Source: Bugula neritina (lineage: Eukaryota > Animalia > Bryozoa). Taken from it: a stretch of 21,749 nt of DNA. The stretch spans positions 53,603-75,351 of the forward strand of contig CAXIUT010000223.1 of NCBI GenBank assembly GCA_964035545.1. The letters are read 5' to 3'. Positions 1 through 8,966 of this stretch are shown here, one piece after another; positions within the stretch are counted from its first letter, which is position 1; every line of letters begins with the position of its first letter. The position numbers were made by a program, and so were the translations under genes. The notes beneath the pieces were generated by a model. That model ran no database searches. It was given only the letters and a program-made list of their open reading frames with translations, and was not told where the DNA came from.

Positions 1-83
1 CCCAACCCCAACCCCAACCCCAACCCCAACCCCAACCCCAACCCCAACCCCAACCCCAACCCCAACCCCAACCCCAACCCCAA
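1..83 (+). repeat. Telomere, (CCCCAA)n / C4A2 (TTGGGG on the other strand)
   Basis: About 14 perfect CCCCAA units at the very start of the window, then an abrupt switch to unique AT-rich sequence. C4A2 is the Tetrahymena-type telomeric repeat. Confidence 0.97.
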
Positions 84-209
84 ACTCTATCGTCAGATAT
101 TGAGACAAACTTTATTCATACATACAATAATCGATACTTATTCTATCAATCTCAGTTACAAAGCTAATTCGACATTAATATTGTTATTTTATGATAATTT
201 TGATGAACA

Positions 210-624
210 TCATCCGAATGCAATTTTGGAAATGGCACCAGTTGGAGACTTTACTCTGGTTGTTCTGAACACCTCTTCCTTTTTACGGTAGTCAGTAGCT
301 TAATTTCCAAATGAAATCGAACTCTTTCCTGCATTTCTGGGGTCATAATTTGGCATTTTATGATTAAATTCACCCTCCTTTTTTATCTTTTCCACTTCTT
401 TCCTTTTAGGTTTCTCTTCTTCATACTTAAAATCATCATTTCCAAACACAATTTTGCTTTAATTATGATATTTTTTAACTATTTTAGAGATACTTACTAT
501 GAGCTGACTATGGCTTTGTCGTTTTTACAGGCTTATTCCAGTACGAAGACCAAGTACTCTTACTAGAAGGACTAGTGGGAACCTTTATACTTGATTTATT
601 TGCCCCAATGCTTGGCTTCTACAT
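210..624 (-). CDS. Small protein with repeated S(K/S)IxFG motifs, Jupiter/HN1/SPIRAL1-like putative microtubule-associated protein (one intron, 479-497)
   Basis: ATG at 624, TGA at 210-212, with a 19-nt GTAAGT...TAG intron restoring the frame. Translation MEKPSIGANK...ESKIVFG...AGKSSISFG...RVKSPTGAISKIAFG*. The C-terminus resembles the RVxxPPGGxSSIxFG motif; the family call is an inference. Confidence 0.7.
479..497 (-). other. Spliceosomal micro-intron, 19 nt
   Basis: GTAAGTATCTCTAAAATAG; needed to avoid a premature TGA. Confidence 0.75.
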
Positions 625-846
625 TTTCTTATGATATCTTTTTCTTAAAATTATCAAATTATCAAATAAGATTAATGATTTTTTGATAAAAAGCAACAAT
701 AAATAAAAAATGATGATTTAAAATAAATATTATTTTAAAGCTAAAAATGGATAATTTTATTATTATAGCCTTCTTAAAATTTAAAAATGATTTTAATATC
801 AAATAAAAATAAAAGAAAAGAAATATCTTTAATTCTTTATTTTTGA

Positions 847-1818
847 ATGAATAAATGTCTTTAAGAATATAAATATATGTAAATGTTTTGGTTAACCTTA
901 TAATTTATTAATTTCTTCTTTATAATGCAATAAGGTCAAAAGTAACTTCCTCTCTTACTCTATCGTCTTCATGTTAAAGCAGCATCTCTTTTCTTTCAAA
1001 AACTATTCCTTTTCGATCAATCTGAAGATGGAGATGTTAGTATTCGACATTATGATCTCGAATGTGAAGGAATTTCTATTATCAGCGATTTCTTTAAAAC
1101 TAGAAAACAAAACACTTTACTTAAAGCCTTTCTGAAAATATAAGAATACAAAAAAGTTGACAAAAAACAGGCTTAAATTATCAATAAAAAAACAACTTAA
1201 ACAACCAGAAGAACCAACTTAAACACCACTCTCACAGTTTCATAGACTAGTCCAATAAAGAAGATTCAAGTCAACCCTCTGAGATTCGATAGGGAAGGAA
1301 GTAGAACTCCAATTGTTGGGTCTCAGACAGGAAATAAGTCAGTTAATATGGAACAATTATTGAACAGAGTCAAAAAGGCTAATAGTCAAAGAGGCTAATA
1401 TTCATTTAGAGAAGGAAATTAATATGATAAAGACAGCAGATACCTAAGAGAAGTGAGAGGTTTGGTAAATATGAACAGCTCTCAAAACATGAATAATACT
1501 AGAGACATGAATAACACTAGATATAATATCAGAGAAAGTAGATAAAACTACAGTTACTATGTTCCAAGGAATAACTTGAATGACTCTCATTGGCAAATGG
1601 ATGAAAGGTTAAGAACGAATCCTTCCTTTAAGGCAAATCAAGGAGGAAAATCTCTTTACAGTGATAGTCGTAGAAACTTAAGACGTCAAGATATTTTGTA
1701 AAAGTTTTTGAACATCTAGGAAGGACTGAAAGGAATATAAAAGGGAAAGAAAGCAATTAAGCTAGATGGAAATATCATGGGATAAATACAAAACATGAAA
1801 GAAAGATTAAAACTTTGA
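847..1818 (+). CDS. Hypothetical protein (~323 aa; 5' end uncertain)
   Basis: TGA-free frame from ATG 847 to TGA 1816-1818 under TAR=Glu (…KIQVNPLRFDREGSRTP…MGEIQNMKERLKL*). No recognisable domain. A competing frame opens at ATG 747, so the start is unsure. Confidence 0.65.
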
Positions 1819-1851
1819 TTTTCGACAGATAATTTCACTTTTTATTTCATA

Positions 1852-2251
1852 TCACAATGAATCATGATGTTGTGTGACTACATAGAAGGCAGTTTCAACA
1901 TCAGCGATGAGGACGTGTCGATCTCTGATATCGATTCCGAATTAGTGTTACAAAGCCTAATGCACATGGACGCAAGTAGAAATATCGAGGAAACCTCCTT
2001 CATCTCTCCAGTGAGTATTGAAAGAAATAGGTATTCCCTAAGTTATATTGACTATACATTCCAGCGATCGGGATCTACTTTGTTGAGTCTGTTATGGACA
2101 CATTTGATGATTCTTTTCGCTACTAGTCCCGGCTGAATCCTTAGAGATCTACATGGTGATGAGTCTAGCTGTGCTTTGGAGGTTGGATGTAGTTGTAGCG
2201 AGGTAGAGAAAGCATACTTTTGGAAGCTTGAGTTGCGATTCTAGTGAACAT
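1852..2251 (-). CDS. Mitochondrial acyl-carrier-protein-like protein, 119 aa (introns 2133-2152 and 2038-2057)
   Basis: Presequence-like N-terminus MFTRIATQASKSMLSLPRYNY. Two 20-nt GT-AG introns give a continuous frame. The C-terminal half FLDISTCVHVHEALEHEFGIDIRD..IADVETAFYVV matches the ACP pattern LDSLDxVExVMALEEEFGIEIPD. Confidence 0.75.
2038..2057 (-). other. Spliceosomal micro-intron, 20 nt
   Basis: GTATAGTCAATATAACTTAG; restores the ACP-like frame. Confidence 0.8.
2133..2152 (-). other. Spliceosomal micro-intron, 20 nt
   Basis: GTAGATCTCTAAGGATTCAG; joins the presequence exon to the ACP-like frame. Confidence 0.75.
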
Positions 2252-2313
2252 ACGACTTATTATTATGAGTTGAGTATAAATATTAATGCAAAATCATTAA
2301 AGCAATCAGAAAG

Positions 2314-3510
2314 TCAAAGAGCTAGTTTCTGACTGCATTGAATCACCTAGTGCCATTGAATGCCAAGGTCTCTTCCTGCTTGACTGCTAAAGTTTTGAAG
2401 AAATTCAGCTTGGTCATTGCTGGTAAATAGTTTCTATTTCAAAAAAAGTAAATAAGTGACGATTAGTTTGTAGAGAAAAGTCCATCCTTTGGTTCTAAAC
2501 TAAGCTATAACAGAACCCATGTATTCTATTGAGATACAGTTACTCATTAGACTGAATAACCAGCCATTGATGAAACATTCAGGCATAACATCTAGTTCTT
2601 CCATGAAAAGATGAAGGTCAGGTATTTTTACTTGTATTAATTTGATGATAGCTTGACGATGTACTTCTAGTTTCTAGAAGCCAAGCAAATATATCATTCT
2701 CAGCTATTGTTCTTCCATCAGTTATACTAGAGCCCAGAAAGTTTGTTCTTAACTTTTGATGTGATAGAGCAAAATGCCTGCAATCAAGTTGAGTCCTTGA
2801 ACATAACCTACTTCCATGTCATATACAGAGTAAGCTACTAACACAGCTTTCAACATATCTGAAAAGTGTGAGTCAGGAGCAAAAGTAGGACACTATGGAA
2901 AGGTTCTATTGATATCTTTCTCTATTTGAACTAAGTTGTTTGTTTGAGGTTTTTACCTTGAAAGTTTTCGATAGATTGAGTGATCTGTTTTTGATTGAGA
3001 TTTAGTCCATTGTAGTTGATAGTGACAAGGCTATGGACATAGACAGCCTTGAAAACCAAGTTGAGGTTTGTTATCACTTACTCCACAGAGAAAAGCAAAC
3101 CTATTCCAGTTGAAGGATGGTTTAAGACTATGATACTATTGTTGAATGTTGTACTTTTGATGATTTTCTTCTTTTTATTGAACTTTTCTGTTGTAGTCTT
3201 GTGATTAACTGATAAAACTAGAAGTCCTACGAGAAGGAGACAGAGTCAATAACAGTTGACTTTTATTTGATTTATGTTTTTGAGGTGAATTGTTTGATGT
3301 CTTTTTGGCGATAGTCGAAATGCTTTGCTTACTAATGATGCTTGGTTTGCTAAAAATTATTTTGGATTTGGGTTTGAGTTGATTAATTCGGTAAGTAGCA
3401 GTTGAAGAAAGAGAGTAAGTAGATAGAGATTTGCTATCATCATCTGAATGATCGCGATGAGTGTAGGTAAAAATCAGAGGAGATAATGGTTAGGAATAAG
3501 TTGGGTACAT
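2314..3510 (-). CDS. TBC-domain Rab GTPase-activating protein (398 aa, intronless)
   Basis: ATG 3510 to TGA 2314 in one frame. Contains QIEKDINRTFP (IxxDxxR arginine finger), VGYVQGLN (YxQ glutamine finger) and SEEQTFWALV; Ser-rich N-terminus. Confidence 0.92.
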
Positions 3511-3671
3511 ATTAATCAAAAAATTATAGAACCTTTTTTTTAACCTGAAAGCTTCAGAAATCTTTTTTGAATAAATAAAAAACAAAATAAAAACAAAGGA
3601 GTGAGATATAGATATGTAGTAATAGGTTTATTAATTGACTCTTTATTCGAATTGACTATAATATAAAGTTG

Positions 3672-4417
3672 ATGTTTGAAGGCAATCGAGATTTCGCCAT
3701 GAACGAAGACCACAAGTTAGAGTCTATCAGAGAAAGCTAGTGCTACAAAAGTTTCCGTCTCTACAAAACCATCATCGAAGTCATGGAGTATCGACAATAT
3801 GTGGTCGGATAAGAAACAAGAAACATGACTGAAGCAGAGTTCAGCTAGCTCTACCACAGACACTAGTTGACTGACAAAAGAGAAATATTTCCTCCTTTAG
3901 AGTTCGATGAAGATGAAGAGATAGATCCTTCGATCGCTGTCTTTTACAATTTCACTTGCGAAGATATCACTTCAGAGTATATCAGTCGTATTATCAAATC
4001 TTGCTCAAAGATCAGAAAATTCTTCTTGGTTGCTCCTTCCTTGATGAAAGGCAAGAATACCACTTACGCCATTGACAAAAAAACACAAAACTATCTCAAT
4101 GAAATCAGCAAGAAAGACAAGTTAGAAGCCCACCCCTATCGCTTTGAGATCTTCCGTCAAGATGAACTGTTTTTCAACGTTCTCAAACACGACTTGGTTC
4201 CTGAACATAGAGTTCTAACTGAAGTGCAGAAGGAAGAGCTCTTCTAGAAATAGTATTTATCTTTTAACATAGCAAAGTGAAAGAAGGACAACTGCCAAAG
4301 ATCATGATGTCTGACCCAGTGGCCAAATTTTTAGGTCTGAGACGAGGAGATGTAGTCAAAATAATCAGAAAGAGTGAAACAGCTGGAACCTACACTACCT
4401 ATAGAATAGCAATTTGA
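3672..4417 (+). CDS. RPB5: DNA-directed RNA polymerase I/II/III subunit RPB5 (intron 4253-4272)
   Basis: N-terminal [22 protein letters not shown]-terminal [19 protein letters not shown] and, after a 20-nt intron, [46 protein letters not shown], the RPB5 signature. The start could instead be ATG 3699. Confidence 0.96.
4253..4272 (+). other. Spliceosomal micro-intron, 20 nt
   Basis: GTATTTATCTTTTAACATAG; removal gives the conserved RPB5 KY|[10 protein letters not shown]. Confidence 0.92.
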
Positions 4418-4475
4418 TAGAAAAACAACTTTTTAACTTTGCCTATTTCTTTAATATAATAACAAATCAAACAAA

Positions 4476-6059
4476 TCAATCTAATCCAAAATAATTATTT
4501 TCGATGGCAATATAGGCGATATGTTTTCTAAAAGTATCTTTATCTGGATATTAAGGTAGTTCTAATCGATTAAAACAAGTATAGCTTTTAGGATACGGGT
4601 TGATAGCATCGTATTCTACTTTTTTTATTTAAAACAGCTGATATTCTCCACGATTACTTTCTAGATATTTGAATCCTAGGATGGGGACTCGACTATTTCC
4701 AGTAACAAAATGTAGCATATGCTAAAGTTGATAATGACTTAAACTATCGACATACTACCAAAACCATTGCACTATCGTATCTTGAGGACTATAATTTGTA
4801 TATTTTATATTATTTTTTAAATCAGCAAGATCTATTTATTTTTTACCATTTATCATCATATCCAACTAATGTGGCTAAAATACTGAAAGTAAATCTTTTG
4901 GTATTATTTTATGAACTCCTTCGTTTAATTTCTGGATCATCTAGTATACACTACCAGTGCAATAATATCTACACCTAAATTATTATTTATCTATACATGA
5001 GTTGAATATATTCTTATTTGGTGCTGGAATTGACCATAGTATGAAATCCATTTTCCTTTAATGGAACAGTTGTTTGAGTTCCATGTTAATCAAATTAATA
5101 GACGCAAAAGTTTGTTTCAAGTGATGTCATTACGTTATTTTAGATCATGAAATTCCAACCTCGATAAAACTAACTAATATCCAAGATACATCAGCATCAT
5201 AAGTAAATACATCGTTTATTTGGATAGGTTGACCACATATTTGACGTAAAATGGTGTAATTCAAAAAACATTTAAGAGGTATCCTCTAAAATATTGCTTT
5301 TCCTAATATTATTCCCAAAACCTTAGCAGCTGCAGTAAATAAATCTTTAACCATTTAGTTAAAATTTAACTTGTAAAAAGTTGTACTTGTCTCACAAAGA
5401 GTCAATATTCCCAAAGAAGGATCGAATATCTAGTTAATACAAAGAGTCATCCACTATCTAAGTAGTCCTCCTGCATCACTGGTTTCCTTCTAATCTTTGA
5501 ACTAAATCTTGACTTCTTTATGGAAATTAATCGAATCAAATTAAACCAAACTTGACATCAAGAGGTTACGTCTATCAACACGTAGATAATCTGATTTACC
5601 TTACGACCAATGTATTCTTAATTTTTCTAGGTTGAGTCTAAACCAGGTATATTTTTCTTGAAAACTTCTATTTTTAATATACGAGCTGGGTTATTTGGCT
5701 ATTTCTTCTGGAATATGATATTTTTGTTCTTGAGTGCAGGTAAACTAAGTCCAACTTTTAAAATCTTTAGGAATCTATATTCAAAATTAAACTACTTTTA
5801 TTTAAATAAACTAATCAGTTACAGCAGTTATTTTTTTTCCTAATTTAGTATTAGAAGTTGGCATTATCATTGATGTTTTTAATTTAGGTCTTACAATAGG
5901 TAAATTATTTTTCTACTATTCTCTTATTATAGTTTTAGATAAATGTCTACTCTATCTTATATTATTCTTCTAGGGAATTTTAATACTCTTATTGGCCAAA
6001 GTTTTATTCATTGCTGAGTTACGACCTTCCCCACTAGAAGATGACATACAATCTCCCAT
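4476..6059 (-). CDS. HECT-domain E3 ubiquitin ligase, 506 aa (introns 5775-5795, 5170-5189, 4975-4996)
   Basis: Motifs DAGGLLREW, GKAIFE, FEPHELD, QWFWEYV, HFVTGNSRVP, PKSYTCFNRLELPEY (catalytic Cys) and terminal FGLD*. The frame closes exactly with three tiny introns (21, 20, 22 nt). N-terminus MGDCMSS. Confidence 0.95.
4975..4996 (-). other. Spliceosomal micro-intron, 22 nt
   Basis: GTATAGATAAATAATAATTTAG; restores the HECT frame. Confidence 0.85.
5170..5189 (-). other. Spliceosomal micro-intron, 20 nt
   Basis: GTATCTTGGATATTAGTTAG; restores the HECT frame (YDAD|FYRG). Confidence 0.88.
5775..5795 (-). other. Spliceosomal micro-intron, 21 nt, with an in-frame TGA
   Basis: GTAGTTTAATTTTGAATATAG; removes the only stop in the HECT N-terminal frame. 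Confidence 0.8.
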
Positions 6060-6212
6060 AATTCTCCTAATTAAATAAATTATTATAGCTTTAGGTTTTT
6101 AAATACAAATTATCAAAAATCAGTTAATCAAATCTTAATCTCAACAATGATATTACAATATGATTATCTATTATTTGTTCCATTTATATATTATAGAACA
6201 TATTTTATCACC

Positions 6213-7651
6213 ATGAACTAGCTCAAGACTACAACTCATGCTGCCTTCTAGTATCTAGTATAACTTTGGCAAATACCCACTCGTATCAATTAAAAGTATC
6301 CTGTTTGGCAACTCAAATGTCCTTTGCCCAAAGTAGTCATTAATATAAATTAGATCTCAACTCAATGGATAGCCTTCATACACCACAGCCTTCTTTTCTA
6401 TGTACTTAAAAATTTTCCATAAACCTTCAGTGATTTCTAATAGCATCTACTCTTCCATCACAGTTAAAAAATGAAAAAAATGTACTCTTTAATAGTTCTT
6501 AAGAAAAGTAAAAATTTCGATCATAAACTGATCGTTTTAGTCAAAACAATCACATATTTTATTGGCAGTCATTTTCCATTAACTCTTGCTGATTTTTCGC
6601 TTTAAAACGATGTCTATCAAATCATTATCAGCACTCTAATTGGTATTTTTCTTTCAAATTAGGTATTTATGTGATCTATTGAGGCATCCAAGTAGAATCC
6701 AGAGCTTATCATATCTTGCTGAGGTCTTTCAAAAATAAAGAATATCTCAAAAAAGAAAGATAATCAGTTTAATTATAGCTATCTATAATTAATTAATAAG
6801 AGTCAAGTAGTAAATTATCGAAAACCAATACACGTAGACATGCCTAAAACCGTATCGTTGATGGAAAAGTAATCATCATAAAAAGGTAAAATTCTAATTT
6901 AAAAGAAATTCATCAAGTACTTAAAGAAAACCTACATGTAAAATCTGTACCGAGAACTCTTCCTCCTAAATACTCGATAGATGAACTGAGAAAGATAAAG
7001 AAACCTTTAAATAAAGATAAATAGAATCAGCATAGAAGGCTAAATACATTGTGTTAATAAAATAATCTTCAAAATAACAAAGATAAAAGGATATAAATAT
7101 AGTCGAATACACTAAGTAATGCTTTAAATGCAAATAGTTGTTTAAAATTAAACGATATGAAACATTTTCCTTTGCATTTTTCTCCCAAAAAAGATATTCA
7201 ACTTATCGATACTTTTCCAAAATTGCCTAAAATACATCCTTTTCAACAATAATAAAAATAATCAGATTTTGATGTTGATTAAGAACTTAAACATACTCTT
7301 TAATCTAGTTAAAAATGGATGGAAATTGTTAAATAACTTAAAAAGAAAAATTATAAAGGATAAAAAATATTGACTTAAATGTAATAAAGTAAAAATGAAA
7401 ATTAATTGAAAAAAAATAAAAAAGGAAATAGGTAAACAATAGATAATACCTAATTATAAAAATAAAAAAGAAGAAAGAAAAAATATAACTTGACTAAATT
7501 TTTTAAACCAAAATATCTTATAGATATTCACAACAAAACCTAAAATCAAGTTGATGATAATAAAATTAAATAAAGAGAAAAACCAAAGAAAAGTCTTCAT
7601 ATGAATCCATCAATACCAACCTAAAACTTCTTTTTCAGAAAGATCAAATGA
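6213..7651 (+). CDS. Hypothetical protein, N-terminal part weakly FAM227/FWWh-like, Lys/Glu-rich C-terminus (intronic segment 6643-6683; start may be 6147, 6160 or 6213)
   Basis: One open frame runs to 6642 and a second long open frame runs 6684-7651 (TGA 7649-7651). Removing 6643-6683 (GT...AG) joins them as IISTLIG|IQVESRAYHILL. The FAM227 resemblance (IAFIHHSLLFYVLKNFP…HFP) is remote and by eye. Confidence 0.6.
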
Positions 7652-7704
7652 TTTTCATAACCTATCGATAAAAAAGAGATAAAGTCTTATTATAATAATA
7701 GTTA

Positions 7705-8872
7705 TCACTGATCATTAACAATAACTATGGCATTTCCATCTTCATCAGCAATTGCGAATAAAGGAATAGTCACGTCCACTAACTTCTGCTTATTTTCATA
7801 GTTTGTCAAGTAAAATCGGCTCTTGCTGCTGGGATTATGGCACCAGATATAGTCGTACAAAGTCTCAATATGAGAACTATCAGGAAATATTACCTGCTCT
7901 TTCTTGCCGCTAGAATAACGAAATATCACTAACTTCCCAGATTTACATTCTTCTTTGAATTGCTCTTTCAGTGACTCCTTCATTATGGATATCAACTCCA
8001 CATCTTCTTCGTGATAATCGAATTTCTCATAGTTTACATGAACGTCTTCGCTCATACTTGCACCCATACCACCAAATTCTTTCAACTCATGCTTAATTGG
8101 TCCTCCTTATCCTTCCCACTCATCTTCTCCGCTACTCTTGTACTCCTCATACTCTTTACCCATCGACATAGCAAGAGCTTTCTCCATTTGATGATCGTTT
8201 CCAGCTCCACTGATATTAGGCTTAAATCCTTTTCTTTTGATACATTTTTGATGATATTTTTCAATTCTCTTTTTTTAAAGCCACATCTGGTTTTTGTTAT
8301 AGTACTAAAATTTATATTCATCTGATTCGGGATACATGCCTTCAATAGAAAAGATCTGATATCCTCCATTTTTAACTGCTATTAAAAAAGCAGATAAATA
8401 GAAATCTGAAATTATTTCAGGTAGTCTCTTATTAGTACTGTTCAAATTGTACCATATTCCTTCTATTTTTCTCAAAGAAAACCAATGATCAGAAGAATTA
8501 CATATAAAACCAGCTTTAGCAACCAAATCTCCTTCTTTTATCGTCTAAATATTCACCATATTCAAACTCAAAGTCTTCAAAGCAGCTGAATTATATCAAA
8601 CTTACCCTGTAATACTTGGATAGAATAATATCCATCCATCGCTACATTGCTACTATCTTCTTTCATATACTTCAAATATTAATTTGTCATCCCTTGCTCC
8701 ATCATCAGATTTTGTTCTTTTTTGTCCAATTCCAAAGCCATTTGAGCCAACTTAACTTCATCAAAGAAAGGACCTGAATAGATAAAGAAAGACCTTGGAG
8801 AAGAGTATTAATACAATGAACACCACAAAGACGATCCACTCCCTGCTTCTACCAGTACACTTTCGAGTTCAT
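7705..8872 (-). CDS. ATXN3: Ataxin-3-like Josephin deubiquitinase with UIM-like, SHP-box-like and C-terminal UBX-like regions, 375 aa (introns 8774-8793, 8586-8605)
   Basis: VYWEKQGVDRLCGVHCINTLLQGP, GYYSIQVL, FICNSSDHWFSLRKI and WYNLNS give the Cys-His-Asn triad. Then QMEKALAMSM (UIM), EFGGMGASM (SHP-like) and IFRYSSGKKEQVIFPDSSHIETLYDYI (UBX-like). Two 20-nt introns. Confidence 0.92.
8586..8605 (-). other. Spliceosomal micro-intron, 20 nt
   Basis: GTAAGTTTGATATAATTCAG; restores Josephin SIQVLQA|ALK. Confidence 0.9.
8774..8793 (-). other. Spliceosomal micro-intron, 20 nt, with a GTCTTT donor
   Basis: GTCTTTCTTTATCTATTCAG; restores Josephin LLQG|PFF. Confidence 0.9.
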
Positions 8873-8966
8873 TCAAATATTTTTTGAATATCAATATAAT
8901 CTTATAATAAACTTCTATAATTTTATACTCTAAATATTCTAATTCATATGTTTTCGAGATCATTCT

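Noticed and set aside
1-83. CRISPR array or interstitial microsatellite
   Set aside because: There are no spacers, and its terminal position with the C-rich strand at the 5' end identifies it as a telomere in a eukaryotic context.
747-1025. Independent + strand ORF from ATG 747
   Set aside because: It is about 92 codons, a length expected by chance with only one stop codon. It overlaps the longer 847-1818 frame and no joining micro-intron was found.
1940-5160. Split code with TAA = Lys and TAG = Glu
   Set aside because: TAA occupies acidic conserved sites (ACP ALEHEFG, HECT MIEN and EID) and interchanges with GAA and TAG between copies.
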